Source of the DNA: Eledone cirrhosa
Lineage: Eukaryota
Direction: 5' to 3'
Assembly: GCA_964016885.1 (NCBI GenBank)
Contig: OZ024755.1
Coordinates: 42,718,001 to 42,782,000 of the forward strand
Length of the DNA: 64,000 bases
In this document: one piece after another, positions 1 to 15,000 of the stretch
Numbering within the stretch: the first letter of the stretch is position 1
Layout: every line of letters begins with the position of its first letter
Notes under the pieces: generated by a model
The model's database searches: none
The model's input: only the letters and a program-made list of their open reading frames with translations
What the model was told of the DNA's origin: nothing
Translations under genes and position numbers: made by a program

Positions 1-3000
1 GGCAGTGGCAAGGAAGCTGTGTTGTGTATAGGAAGAAGTAGTCAGACATTATGTACTAATAGAGGGAACAGTAAGCTGGCAGTGGCCAGGAAGCTGTGTT
101 GTGTTTAGGAAGAAGTAGTCAGACACTATGTACTAGCAGAGCGACCAGTAATCTGGCAGTGGCAAGGAAGCTGTGTTGGGTATAGGAAGAAGTAGTCAGA
201 CATTATGTACTAATAGAGGGAACAGTAAGCTGGCATTGGCCAGGAAGCTGTGTTGTATATAGGAAGAAGTAGTCAGACATTATGTACTAATAGAGGGAAC
301 AGTAAGCTGGCAGTGGCCAGGAAGCTGTGTTTTGTATAGGAAGAAGTAGTCAGACATTATGTACTAGCAGAGGGAACAGTAAGCTGTGTTGTGTATAGGA
401 AGAAGTAGTGAGACACTATGTACTAGCAGAGGGAACAGTAAGTTGGCAGTGGCAAGGAAGCTGTGTTGTGTATAGGAAGAAGTAGTCAGACACTATGTAC
501 TAACAGCGGGAATAGTAAGCCGGCAGTGGCAAGGAAGCTGTGTTGTGTATAGGAAGAAGTAGTCAGACACTATGTACTAACAGATGGAAGAGTAAGCTAG
601 CAGTGGCAAGGAAGCTGTGTTGTGTATAGGAAGAAGTAGTCAGTCACTATGTACTAGTATAGGGAGCAGTAAACTGGTAGTGGCCAGGAAGCTGTGTTGT
701 GTATAGGAAGAAGTAGTCAGACATTATGTACTAGCAGAGGGAACAGTAAGCTGGCAGTGGCAAGGAAGCTGTGTTGTGTATAGGAAGAAGTAGTCAGACA
801 CTATGTACTAGCAGAGGGAGCAGTAAGGTGGCAGTGGCAAGGAAGCTGTGTTGTGTAGAGGAAGAAGTAGTCAGACATTATGTACTAGTAGAGGGAGCAG
901 TAACCTGGCAGTGGCAAGGAAGCTGTGTTGTGTATAGGAAGGAGTAGTCAGACATTATGTACTAGCAGAGGGAGTAGTAAGCTGGCAGTGGCAAGGAAGC
1001 TGTGTTGTGTAGAGGAAGAAGTAGTCAGACATTATGTACTAGTAGAGGGAGCAGTAAGGTGGCAGTGGCCAGAAAGCTGTGTTGTGTATAGGAAGAAGTA
1101 GTCAGACACTATGTAATAGTAGAGGGAGCAGTAAGCTGGCAGTGGCAAGGTAGCTGTGTTGTGTATAGGAAGAAGTAGTCAGAGATTATGTACTAGCAGA
1201 GGGAACAGTAAGCTGGCAGTGGCAAGGAAGCTGTGTTGTATATAGGAAGAAGTAGTCAGACACTATGTACTAGCAGAGGGAACAGTAAGTTGGTAGTGGC
1301 CAGGAAGCTGTGTTGTGTATAGGAAGAAGTAGTCGGACATTATGTAATAGCAGAGGGAACAGTAAGCTGGCAGTGACAAGGAAGCTGTGTTGTGTATAGG
1401 AAGAAGTAGTCAGACACTATGTACTAACAGAGGGAACAGTAAGCTGGCAGTGGCAAGGAAGCTGTGTTGTGTATAGGAAGAAGTAGTCAGACATTATGTA
1501 CTAGTAGAGGGAGCAGTAAGCTGGCAGTGGCAAGGAAGCTGTGTTGTGTATAGGAAGAAGTAGTCAGACATTATGTACTAGTAGAGGGAACAGTAAGCTG
1601 GCAGTGACAAGGAAGCTGTGTTGTGTATAGGAAGAAGTAGTCGGACATTATGTACTAGCAGAGGGAACAGTAAGTTGGTAGTTGCCAGGAAGCTGTGTTG
1701 TGTATAGGAAGAAGTAGTCAGACATTATGTACTAGTAGAGGGAACAGTCAGCTGTGTTGTGTATAGGAAGAAGTAGTGAGACACTATGTACTAGCAGAGG
1801 AAGCAGTAAGCTGGTAGTGGCAAGGAAGCTGTGTTGTGTATAGGAAGAAGTAGTCAGACATTATGTACTAGCACAGGGAACATTAAGCTGGCAGTGGCAA
1901 GGAAGCTGTGTTGTGTATAGGGAGAAGTAGTCAGTCACTATGTACTAGCAGAGGGAACAGTAAATTGGCAATGGCAAGGAAGCTGTGTTGTGTATAGGAA
2001 GAAGTAGTCAGACATTATGTACTAGCAGAGGGAGCAGTAACCTGGCAGTGGTAAGGAAGCTGTGTTGTGTATAGGAAGAAGTAGTCAGTCACTATGTACT
2101 AGCAGAGGGAGCAGTAACCTGGCAGTGGCAAGGAAGCTGTGTTGTGTATAGGAAGAAGTAGTCAGTCACTATGTACTAGCAGAGGGAACAGTAAGTTGGC
2201 AATGGCAACGAAGCTGTGTTGTGTATAGGAAGAAGTAGTCATACATTATGTACTAGCACAAGGAACATTAATCTGGCAGTGGCCAGGAGGCTGTGTTGTG
2301 TATAGGAAGAAGTAGTCAGTCACTATGTACTAGCAGAGGGAACAGTAAGCTGGCAGTGGCAAGGAAGCTGTGTTGTGTATAGGAAGAAATAGTCAGACAT
2401 TATGTACTAGTAGAGGGAACAGTAAGCTGTGTTGTGTATAGGAAGAAGTAGTCAGACACTATGTACTAGCAGAGGGAACAGTAAGCTGGCAGTGGCAAGG
2501 AAGCTGTGTTGTGTATAGGAAGAAGTAGTCAGACATTATGTACTAATAGAGGGAACAGTAAGCTGGCAGTGGCCAGGAAGCTGTGTTGTGTTTAGGAAGA
2601 AGTAGTCAGACACTATGTACTAGCAGAGCGACCAGTAATCTGGCAGTGGCAAGGAAGCTGTGTTGGGTATAGGAAGAAGTAGTCAGACATTATGTACTAA
2701 TAGAGGGAACAGTAAGCTGGCATTGGCCAGGAAGCTGTGTTGTATATAGGAAGAAGTAGTCAGACATTATGTACTAATAGAGGGAACAGTAAGCTGGCAG
2801 TGGCCAGGAAGCTGTGTTTTGTATAGGAAGAAGTAGTCAGACATTATGTACTAGCAGAGGGAACAGTAAGCTGTGTTGTGTATAGGAAGAAGTAGTGAGA
2901 CACTATGTACTAGCAGAGGGAACAGTAAGTTGGCAGTGGCAAGGAAGCTGTGTTGTGTATAGGAAGAAGTAGTCAGACACTATGTACTAACAGCGGGAAT

Positions 3001-6000
3001 AGTAAGCCGGCAGTGGCAAGGAAGCTGTGTTGTGTATAGGAAGAAGTAGTCAGACACTATGTACTAACAGATGGAAGAGTAAGCTAGCAGTGGCAAGGAA
3101 GCTGTGTTGTGTATAGGAAGAAGTAGTCAGTCACTATGTACTAGTATAGGGAGCAGTAAACTGGTAGTGGCCAGGAAGCTGTGTTGTGTATAGGAAGAAG
3201 TAGTCAGACATTATGTACTAGCAGAGGGAACAGTAAGCTGGCAGTGGCAAGGAAGCTGTGTTGTGTATAGGAAGAAGTAGTCAGACACTATGTACTAGCA
3301 GAGGGAACAGTAAGCTGGCAGTGGCAAGGAAGCTGTGTTGTGTATAGGAAGAAGTAGTCAGTCACTATGTACTAGCAGAGGGAACAGTAAGTTGGCAGTG
3401 GCAAGGAAGCTGTGTTCTATATAGGAAGATGTAGTCAGACATTATGTACTAGAAGAGGGAACAGTAAGCTGGCAGTGGCAAGGAAGCTGTGTTGTGTACA
3501 GGAAGAAGTAGTCAGACACTATGTACTAGCAGAGGGAACAGTAAGCTGGCAGTGGCCAGGAAGCTGTGTTGTGTATAGGAAGAAGTAGTCAGACACTATG
3601 TACTAGCAGAGGGAACAGTAAGCTGGCAGTGGCAAGGAAGCTGTGTTGTGTATAGGAAGAAGTAGTCAGACATTATGTACTAGCAGAGGGAACAGTAAGC
3701 TGGCAGTGGCCAGGAAGCTGTGTTGCGTATAGGAAGAAGTAGTCAGACATTATGTACTAGCAGAGGGAGCAGTAAGCTGTGTTGTGTATAGGAAGAAGTA
3801 GTCAGACATTATGTACTAGCAGAGGGAGCAGTAAGCTTGAAGTGGCAAGGAAGCTGTGTTGTGTATAGGAAGAAGTAGTCAGACATTATGTACTAGCAGA
3901 GGGAGCAGTAAGCTAGCAGTGGCAAGGAAGCTGTGTTGTGTATAGGAAGAAGTAGTCAGGCATTACGTACTAGCAGAGAGAACAGTACGCTGGCAGTGGC
4001 AAGGAAGCTGTGTTGTGTATAAGAAGAAGTAGTCAGACACTATGTACAAGTAGAGGGAGGAGTAAGCTGGCAGTGGCAAGGAAGCTGTGTTGTGTATAGG
4101 AAGAAGTAGTCAGACATTATGTACTAGCAGAGGGAGCAGTAAGCTGGCAGTGGCAAGGAAGCTGTGTGGTGTATAAGAAGAAGTAGTCAGACACTATGTA
4201 CAAGTAGAGGGAGGAGTAAGCTGGCAGTGGCAAGGAAGCTGTGTTGTGTATAAGAAGAAGTAGTCAGACACTATGTACAAGTAGAGGGAGGAGTAAGCTG
4301 GCAGTGGCAAGGAAGCTGTGTTGTGTATAGGAAGAAGTAGTCAGACATTATGTACTAGCAGAGGGAGCAGTAAGCTGGCAGTGGCAAGGAAGCTGTGTGG
4401 TGTATAGGAAGAAGTAATCAGACATTATGTACTAGTAGAGGGAGCAGTAAGCTGGCAGTGGCAAGGAAGCTGTGTTGTATATAGGAAGAAGTAGTCAGAC
4501 ATTATGTACTAGTAGAGGGAACAGTAAACTGGTAGTGGCAAGGAAGCTGTGTTGTGTATAGGAAGAAGTAGTCAGACATTATGTACTAGCAGAGGGAACA
4601 GTAAGCTGGCAGTGGCAAGGAAGCTGTGTTGTGTATAGGAAGAAGTAGTCAGACACTATGTACTAGTAGAGGGAGCAGAAAGCTGGCAGTGGCAAGGAAG
4701 CTGTGTTGTATATAGGAAGAAGTAGTCAAACATTATGTACTAGTAGAGGGAACTGTAAACTGGTAGTGGCAAGGAAGCTGTGTTGTGTATAGGAAGAAGT
4801 AGTCAGACACTATGTACTAGCAGAGGGAACAGTAAGCTGGCAGTGGCAAGGAAGCTGTGTTGTGTATAGGAAGAAGTAGTCAGACACTATTTACTAGTAG
4901 AGGGAACAGTAAGCTGGCAGTGGCAAGGAAGCTGTGTTGTGTATAGGAAGAAGTAGTCAGACACTATGTACTAGCAGAGGGAACAGTAAGCTGGCAGTGG
5001 CCAGGAAGCTGTTTTATGTATAGGAAGAAGTAGTCAGACATTATGTACTAGCAGAGGCAACAGTCAGCTGGCAGTGGCAAGGAAGCTGTGTTGTGTATAG
5101 GAAGAAGTAGTCAGACATTATGTACTAACAGAGGGAGCAGTAAGCTGGCAGTGGCAAGGAAGCTGTGTTGTGTAGAGGAAGAAGTAGTCAGACATTATGT
5201 ACTAGTAGAGGGAGCAGTAAGGTGGCAGTGGCAAGGAAGCTGTATTGTGTATAGGAAGAAGTAGTCAGACATTATGTACTTGTAGAGGGAGCAGTAACCT
5301 GGCAGTGGCAAGGAAGCTGTGTTGTATATAAGAAGAAGTAGTCAGACACTATGTACTAATAGAGGGAACAGTAAGCTGGCAGTGGCCAGGAAGCTGTGTT
5401 GTGTATAGGAAGAAGTAGTCAGACATTATGTACTAATAGAGGGAACAGTAAGCTGGCAGTGGCCAGGAAGCTGTGTTGTGTATAGGAAGAAGTAGTCAGA
5501 GATTATGTACTAGCAGAGGGAACAGTAAACTGGCAGTGGCAAGGAAGCTGTGTTGTGTATAGGAAGAAATAGTCAGACATTATGTACTAGTAGAGGGAAC
5601 AGTAAGCTGTGTTGTGTATAGGAAGAAGTAGTCAGACACTATGTACTAGCAGAGGGAACAGTAAGCTGGCAGTGGCAAGGAAGCTGTGTTGTATATAGGA
5701 AGAAGTAGTCAGACATTATGTACTAGCAGAGGCAACAGTAAGCTGGCAGTGGCCAGGAAGCTGTGTTGTATATAGGAAGAAGTAGTCAGACATTATGTAC
5801 TAATAGAGGGAACAGTAAGCTGGCAGTGGCCAGGAAGCTGTGTTGTATATAGGAAGAAGTAGTCAGACATTATGTACTAGCAGAGGGAACAGTAAGGTGG
5901 CAGTGGCAAGGAAGCTGTGTTGTGTATAGGAAGAAGTAGTCAGACATTATGTACTAGCAGAGGGAACAGTAAGCTGTGTTGTGTATAGGAAGAAGTAGTG

Positions 6001-9000
6001 AGACACTATGTACTAGCAGAGGGAACAGTAAGTTGGTAGTGGCCAGGAAGCTGTGTTGTGTATAGGAAGAAGTAGTCGGACATTATGTAATAGCAGAGGG
6101 AACAGTAAGCTGGTAGTGACAAGGAAGCTGTTTTATGTATAGGAAGAAGTAGTCAGACATTATGTACTAGCAGAGGCAACAGTCAGCTGGCAGTGGCAAG
6201 GAAGCTGTGTTGTGTATAGGAAGAAATAGTCAGACACTATGTACTAGCAGAGGGAACAGTAAGCTGGCAGTGGCAAGGAAGCTGTGTTGTGTATAGGAAG
6301 AAGTAGTCAGACACTATGTACTAGCAGAGGGAGCAGTAAGCTGGCCGTGGCAAGGAAGCTGTGTTGTGTATAGGAATAAGTAGTCAGACGCTATGTACTA
6401 GCAGAGGGAGTAGTAAGCTGGCAGTGGCATGGAAGCTGTGTTGTGTATAGGAAGAAGTAGCCAGACACTATGTACTAGCAGAGGGAGCAGTAAGCTGGCA
6501 GTGGCAAGGAAGCTGTGTTGTGTATAGGAAGAAGTAGTCAGACATTATGTACTAGTAGAGGGAACAGTAAGCTGGCAGTGACAAGGAAGCTGTGTTGTGT
6601 ATAGGAAGAAGTAGTCGGACATTATGTACTAGCAGAGGGAACGGTAAGCTGGTAGTTGCCCGGAAGCTGTGTTGTGTATAGGAAGAAGTAGTCAGACATT
6701 ATGTACTAGTAGAGGGAACAGTAAGCTGGCAGTGGCAAGGAAGCTGTGTTGTGTATAGGAAGAAGTAGTCAGTCACTATGTACTAGCAGAGGGAACAGTA
6801 AGTTGGCAATGGCAAGGAAGCTGTGTTGTGTATAGGAAGAAGTAGTCAGACATTATGTACTAGCAGAGGGAGCAGTAACCTGGCAGTGGCAAGGAAGCTG
6901 TGTTGTGTATAGGAAGAAGTAGTCAGTCACTATGTACTAGCAGAGGGAGCAGTAAGCTGGCAGTGGCCAGGAAGCTGTGTTGTGTATAGGAAGAAGTAGT
7001 CAGACATTATGTACTAGTAGAGGGAACAGTAAGCTGTGTTGTGTATAGGAAGAAGTAGTCAGACACTATGTACTAGCAGAGGGAACAGTAAGCTGGCAGT
7101 GGCAAGGAAGCTGTGTTGTATATAGGAAGAAGTAGTCAGACATTATGTACTAGCAGAGGCAACAGTAAGCTGGCAGTGGCCAGGAAGCTGTGTTGTATAT
7201 AGGAAGAAGTAGTCAGACATTATGTACTAATAGAGGGAACAGTAAGCTGGCAGTGGCCAGGAAGCTGTGTTGTATATAGGAAGAAGTAGTCAGACATTAT
7301 GTACTAGCAGAGGGAACAGTAAGGTGGCAGTGGCAAGGAAGCTGTGTTGTGTATAGGAAGAAGTAGTCAGACATTATGTACTAGCAGAGGGAACAGTAAG
7401 CTGTGTTGTGTATAGGAAGAAGTAGTGAGACACTATGTACTAGCAGAGGGAACAGTAAGTTGGTAGTGGCCAGGAAGCTGTGTTGTGTATAGGAAGAAGT
7501 AGTCGGACATTATGTAATAGCAGAGGGAACAGTAAGCTGGTAGTGACAAGGAAGCTGTTTTATGTATAGGAAGAAGTAGTCAGACATTATGTACTAGCAG
7601 AGGCAACAGTCAGCTGGCAGTGGCAAGGAAGCTGTGTTGTGTATAGGAAGAAATAGTCAGACACTATGTACTAGCAGAGGGAACAGTAAGCTGGCAGTGG
7701 CAAGGAAGCTGTGTTGTGTATAGGAAGAAGTAGTCAGACACTATGTACTAGCAGAGGGAGCAGTAAGCTGGCCGTGGCAAGGAAGCTGTGTTGTGTATAG
7801 GAATAAGTAGGCAGACGCTATGTACTAGCAGAGGGAGTAGTAAGCTGGCAGTGGCATGGAAGCTGTGTTGTGTATAGGAAGAAGTAGCCAGACACTATGT
7901 ACTAGCAGAGGGAGCAGTAAGCTGGCAGTGGCAAGGAAGCTGTGTTGTGTATAGGAAGAAGTAGTCAGACATTATGTACTAGTAGAGGGAACAGTAAGCT
8001 GGCAGTGACAAGGAAGCTGTGTTGTGTATAGGAAGAAGTAGTCGGACATTATGTACTAGCAGAGGGAACAGTAAGCTGGTAGTTGCCCGGAAGCTGTGTT
8101 GTGTATAGGAAGAAGTAGTCAGACATTATGTACTAGTAGAGGGAACAGTAAGCTGGCAGTGGCAAGGAAGCTGTGTTGTGTATAGGAAGAAGTAGTCAGT
8201 CACTATGTACTAGCAGAGGGAACAGTAAGTTGGCAATGGCAAGGAAGCTGTGTTGTGTATAGGAAGAAGTAGTCAGACATTATGTACTAGCAGAGGGAGC
8301 AGTAACCTGGCAGTGGCAAGGAAGCTGTGTTGTGTATAGGAAGAAGTAGTCAGTCACTATGTACTAGCAGAGGGAGCAGTAACCTGGCAGTGGCAAGGAA
8401 GCTGTGTTGTGTATAGGAAGGAGTAGTCAGACATGATGTACTAGCAGAAGGAACAGTAAGCTGGCAGTGGCCAGGAAGCTGTGTTGTGTATAGGAAGAAG
8501 TAGTCAGACATTATGTACTAATAGAGGGAACAGTAAGCTGGCAGTGGCCAGGAAGCTGTGTTGTGTATAGGAAGAAGTAGTCAGAGATTATGTACTAGCA
8601 GAGGGAACAGTAAACTGGCAGTGGCAAGGAAGCTGTGTTGTGTATAGGAAGAAATAGTCAGACATTATGTACTAGTAGAGGGAACAGTAAGCTGTGTTGT
8701 GTATAGGAAGAAGTAGTCAGACACTATGTACTAGCAGAGGGAACAGTAAGCTGGCAGTGGCAAGGAAGCTGTGTTGTATATAGGAAGAAGTAGTCAGACA
8801 TTATGTACTAGCAGAGGCAACAGTAAGCTGGCAGTGGCCAGGAAGCTGTGTTGTATATAGGAAGAAGTAGTCAGACATTATGTACTAATAGAGGGAACAG
8901 TAAGCTGGCAGTGGCCAGGAAGCTGTGTTGTATATAGGAAGAAGTAGTCAGACATTATGTACTAGCAGAGGGAACAGTAAGGTGGCAGTGGCAAGGAAGC

Positions 9001-12000
9001 TGTGTTGTGTATAGGAAGAAGTAGTCAGACATTATGTACTAGCAGAGGGAACAGTAAGCTGTGTTGTGTATAGGAAGAAGTAGTGAGACACTATGTACTA
9101 GCAGAGGGAACAGTAAGTTGGCAGTGGCAAGGAAGCTGTGTTGTGTATAGGAAGAACTAGTCAGACACTATGTACTAACAGAGGGAACAGTAAGCCGGCA
9201 GTGGCAAGGAAGCTGTGTTGTGTATAGGAAGAAGTAGTCAGACACTATGTACTAACAGATGGAAGAGTAAGCTAGCAGGTTCAAGGAAGCTGTGTTGTGT
9301 ATAGGAAGAAGTAGTCAGTCACTATGTACTAGTAGAGGGAGCAGTAAACTGGTAGTGGCCAGGAAGCTGTGTTGTGTATAGGAAGAAGTAGTCAGACATT
9401 ATGTACTAGCAGAGGGAACAGTAAGCTGGCAGTGGCAAGGAAGCTGTGTTGTGTATAGGAAGAAGTAGTCAGACACTATGTACTAGCAAAGGGAACAGTA
9501 AGCTGGCAGTGGCAAGGAAGCTGTGTTGTGTATAGGAAGAAGTAGTCAGACACTATGTACTAACAGATGGAAGAGTAAGCTAGCAGTGGCAAGGAAGCTG
9601 TGTTGTGTATAGGAAGAAGTAGTCAGTCACTATGTACTAGCAGAGGGAACAGTAAGTTGGCAGTGGCAAGGAAGCTGTGTTGTATATAGGAAGATGTAGT
9701 CAAACATTATGTACTAGAAGAGGGAACAGTAAGCTGGCAGTGGCAAGGAAGCTGTGTTGTGTACAGGAAGAAGTAGTCAGACACTATGTACTAGCAGAGG
9801 GAACAGTAAGCTGGCAGTGGGCAGGAAGCTGTGTTGTGTATAGGAAGAAGTAGTCAGACACTATGTACTAGCAGAGGGAACAGTAAGCTGGCAGTGGCAA
9901 GGAAGCTGTGTTGTGTATAGGAAGAAGTAGTCAGACATTATGTACTAGCAGAGGGAACAGTAAGCTGGCAGTGGCCAGGAAGCTGTGTTGCGTATAGGAA
10001 GAAGTAGTCAGACATTATGTACTAGCAGAGGGAGCAGTAAGCTGTGTTGTGTATAGGAAGAAGTAGTCAGACATTATGTACTAGCAGAGGGAGCAGTAAG
10101 CTTGCAGTGGCAAGGAAGCTGTGTTGTGTATAGGAAGAAGTAGTCAGACATTATGTACTAGCAGAGGGAGCAGTAAGCTAGCAGTGGCAAGGAAGCTGTG
10201 TTGTGTATAGGAAGAAGTAGTCAGACATTATGTACTAGCAGAGAGAACAGTACGCTGGCAGTGGCAAGGAAGCTGTGTTGTGTATAAGAAGAAGTAGTCA
10301 GACATTATGTACTAGCAGAGGGAGCAGTAAGCTGGCCGTGGCAAGGAAGCTGTGTTGTGTATAGGGAGAAGTAGTCAGTCACTATGTACTAGCAGAGGGA
10401 ACAGTAAGTTGGTAGTTGCCAGGAAGCTGTGTTGTGTATAGGAAGAAGTAGTCAGACATTATGTACTAGTAGAGGGAACAGTAAGCTGTGTTGTGTATAG
10501 GAAGAAGTAGTGAGACACTATGTACTAGCAGAGGGAACAGTAAGCTGGTAGTGGCAAGGAAGTTGTGTTGTGTATAGGAAGAAGTAGTCAGACATTATGT
10601 ACTAGCACAGGGAACATTAAGCTGGCAGTGGCAAGGAAGCTGTGTTGTGTATAGGGAGAAGTAGTCAGTCACTATGTACTAGCAGAGGGATCAGTAAATT
10701 GGCAATGGCAAGGAAGCTGTGTTGTGTATAGGAAGAAGTAGTCAGACATTATGTACTAGCAGAGGGAGCAGTAACCTGGCAGTGGTAAGGAAGCTGTGTT
10801 GTGTATAGGAAGAAGTAGTCAGTCACTATGTACTAGCAGAGGGAGCAGTAACCTGGCAGTGGCAAGGAAGCTGTGTTGTGTATAGGAAGGAGTAGTCAGA
10901 CATTATGCACTAGCAGATGGAACATTAAGCTGACAGTGGTAAGGAAGCTGTGTTGTGTATAGGAAGAAGTAGTCAGTCACTATGTACTAGCAGAGGGAAC
11001 AGTAAGTTGGCAATGGCAACGAAGCTGTGTTGTGTATAGGAAGAAGTAGTCATACATTATGTACTAGCACAAGGAACATTAATCTGGCAGTGGCCAGGAG
11101 GCTGTGTTGTGTATAGGAAGAAGTAGTCAGTCACTATGTACTAGCAGAGGGAACAGTAAGCTGGCAGTGGCAAGGAAGCTGTGTTGTGTATAGGAAGAAA
11201 TAGTCAGACATTATGTACTAGTAGAGGGAACAGTAAGCTGTGTTGTGTATAGGAAGAAGTAGTCAGACACTATGTACTAGCAGAGGGAACAGTAAGCTGG
11301 CAGTGGCAAGGAAGCTGTGTTGTGTATAGGAAGAAGTAGTCAGACATTATGTACTAATAGAGGGAACAGTAAGCTGGCAGTGGCCAGGAAGCTGTGTTGT
11401 GTTTAGGAAGAAGTAGTCAGACACTATGTACTAGCAGAGCGACCAGTAATCTGGCAGTGGCAAGGAAGCTGTGTTGGGTATAGGAAGAAGTAGTCAGACA
11501 TTATGTACTAATAGAGGGAACAGTAAGCTGGCATTGGCCAGGAAGCTGTGTTGTATATAGGAAGAAGTAGTCAGACATTATGTACTAATAGAGGGAACAG
11601 TAAGCTGGCAGTGGCCAGGAAGCTGTGTTGTGTATAGGAAGAAGTAGTCAGACATTATGTACTAGCAGAGGGAACAGTAAGCTGTGTTGTGTATAGGAAG
11701 AAGTAGTGAGACACTATGTACTAGCAGAGGGAACAGTAAGTTGGCAGTGGCAAGGAAGCTGTGTTGTGTATAGGAAGAAGTAGTCAGACACTATGTACTA
11801 ACAGCGGGAATAGTAAGCCGGCAGTGGCAAGGAAGCTGTGTTGTGTATAGGAAGAAGTAGTCAGACACTATGTACTAACAGATGGAAGAGTAAGCTAGCA
11901 TTGGCAAGGAAGCTGTGTTGTGTATAGGAAGAAGTAGTCAGTCACTATGTACTAGTATAGGGAGCAGTAAACTGGTAGTGGCCAGGAAGCTGTGTTGTGT

Positions 12001-15000
12001 ATAGGAAGAAGTAGTCAGACATTATGTACTAGCAGAGGGAACAGTAAGCTGGCAGTGGCAAGGAAGCTGTGTTGTGTATAGGAAGAAGTAGTCAGACACT
12101 ATGTACTAGCAGAGGGAACAGTAAGCTGGCAGTGGCAAGGAAGCTGTGTTGTGTATAGGAAGAAGTAGTCAGTCACTATGTACTAGCAGAGGGAACAGTA
12201 AGTTGGCAGTGGCAAGGAAGCTGTGTTGTATATAGGAAGATGTAGTCAGACATTATGTACTAGAAGAGGGAACAGTAAGCTGGCAGTGGCAAGGAAGCTG
12301 TGTTGTGTACAGGAAGAAGTAGTCAGACACTATGTACTAGCAGAGGGAACAGTAAGCTGGCAGTGGCCAGGAAGCTGTGTTGTGTATAGGAAGAAGTAGT
12401 CAGACACTATGTACTAGCAGAGGGAACAGTAAGCTGGCAGTGGCAAGGAAGCTGTGTTGTGTATAGGAAGAAGTAGTCAGACATTATGTACTAGCAGAGG
12501 GAACAGTAAGCTGGCAGTGGCCAGGAAGCTGTGTTGCGTATAGGAAGAAGTAGTCAGACATTATGTACTAGCAGAGGGAGCAGTAAGCTGTGTTGTGTAT
12601 AGGAAGAAGTAGTCAGACATTATGTACTAGCAGAGGGAGCAGTAAGCTTGAAGTGGCAAGGAAGCTGTGTTGTGTATAGGAAGAAGTAGTCAGACATTAT
12701 GTACTAGCAGAGGGAGCAGTAAGCTAGCAGTGGCAAGGAAGCTGTGTTGTGTATAGGAAGAAGTAGTCAGGCATTATGTACTAGCAGAGAGAACAGTACG
12801 CTGGCAGTGGCAAGGAAGCTGTGTTGTGTATAAGAAGAAGTAGTCAGACACTATGTACAAGTAGAGGGAGGAGTAAGCTGGCAGTGGCAAGGAAGCTGTG
12901 TGGTGTATAGGAAGAAGTAATCAGACATTATGTACTAGTAGAGGGAGCAGTAAGCTGGCAGTGGCAAGGAAGCTGTGTTGTATATAGGAAGAAGTAGTCA
13001 GACATTATGTACTAGTAGAGGGAACAGTAAACTGGTAGTGGCAAGGAAGCTGTGTTGTGTATAGGAAGAAGTAGTCAGACATTATGTACTAGCAGAGGGA
13101 ACAGTAAGCTGGCAGTGGCAAGGAAGCTGTGTTGTGTATAGGAAGAAGTAGTCAGACACTATGTACTAGTAGAGGGAGCAGAAAGCTGGCAGTGGCAAGG
13201 AAGCTGTGTTGTATATAGGAAGAAGTAGTCAAACATTATGTACTAGTAGAGGGAACTGTAAACTGGTAGTGGCAAGGAAGCTGTGTTGTGTATAGGAAGA
13301 AGTAATCAGACACTATGTACTAGCAGAGGGAACAGTAAGCTGGCACTGGCAAGGAAGCTGTGTTGTGTATAGGAAGAAGTAGTCAGACACTATTTACTAG
13401 TAGAGGGAACAGTAAGCTGGCAGTGGCAAGGAAGCTGTGTTGTGTATAGGAAGAAGTAGTCAGACACTATGTACTAGCAGAGGGAACAGTAAGCTGGCAG
13501 TGGCCAGGAAGCTGTTTTATGTGTAGGAAGAAGTAGTCAGACATTATGTACTAGCAGAGGCAACAGTCAGCTGGCAGTGGCAAGGAAGCTGTGTTGTGTA
13601 TAGGAAGAAGTAGTCAGACATTATGTACTAACAGAGGGAGCAGTAAGCTGGCAGTGGCAAGGAAGCTGTGTTGTGTAGAGGAAGAAGTAGTCAGACATTA
13701 TGTACTAGTAGAGGGAGCAGTAAGGTGGCAGTGGCAAGGAAGCTGTATTGTGTATAGGAAGAAGTAGTCAGACATTATGTACTTGTAGAGGGAGCAGTAA
13801 CCTGGCAGTGGCAAGGAAGCTGTGTTGTATATAAGAAGAAGTAGTCAGACACTATGTACTAATAGAGGGAACAGTAAGCTGGCAGTGGCCAGGAAGCTGT
13901 GTTGTGTATAGGAAGAAGTAGTCAGACATTATGTACTAATAGAGGGAACAGTAAGCTGGCAGTGGCCAGGAAGCTGTGTTGTGTATAGGAAGAAGTAGTC
14001 AGAGATTATGTACTAGCAGAGGGAACAGTAAACTGGCAGTGGCAAGGAAGCTGTGTTGTGTATAGGAAGAAATAGTCAGACATTATGTACTAGTAGAGGG
14101 AACAGTAAGCTGTGTTGTGTATAGGAAGAAGTAGTCAGACACTATGTACTAGCAGAGGGAACAGTAAGCTGGCAGTGGCAAGGAAGCTGTGTTGTATATA
14201 GGAAGAAGTAGTCAGACATTATGTACTAGCAGAGGCAACAGTAAGCTGGCAGTGGCCAGGAAGCTGTGTTGTATATAGGAAGAAGTAGTCAGACATTATG
14301 TACTAATAGAGGGAACAGTAAGCTGGCAGTGGCCAGGAAGCTGTGTTGTATATAGGAAGAAGTAGTCAGACATTATGTACTAGCAGAGGGAACAGTAAGG
14401 AGGCAGTGGCAAGGAAGCTGTGTTGTGTATAGGAAGAAGTAGTCAGACATTATGTACTAGCAGAGGGAACAGTAAGCTGTGTTGTGTATAGGAAGAAGTA
14501 GTGAGACACTATGTACTAGCAGAGGGAACAGTAAGTTGGTAGTGGCCAGGAAGCTGTGTTGTGTATAGGAAGAAGTAGTCGGACATTATGTAATAGCAGA
14601 GGGAACAGTAAGCTGGTAGTGACAAGGAAGCTGTTTTATGTATAGGAAGAAGTAGTCAGACATTATGTACTAGCAGAGGCAACAGTCAGCTGGCAGTGGC
14701 AAGGAAGCTGTGTTGTGTATAGGAAGAAATAGTCAGACACTATGTACTAGCAGAGGGAACAGTAAGCTGGCAGTGGCAAGGAAGCTGTGTTGTGTATAGG
14801 AAGAAGTAGTCAGACACTATGTACTAGCAGAGGGAGCAGTAAGCTGGCCGTGGCAAGGAAGCTGTGTTGTGTATAGGAATAAGTAGTCAGACGCTATGTA
14901 CTAGCAGAGGGAGTAGTAAGCTGGCAGTGGCATGGAAGCTGTGTTGTGTATAGGAAGAAGTAGCCAGACACTATGTACTAGCAGAGGGAGCAGTAAGCTG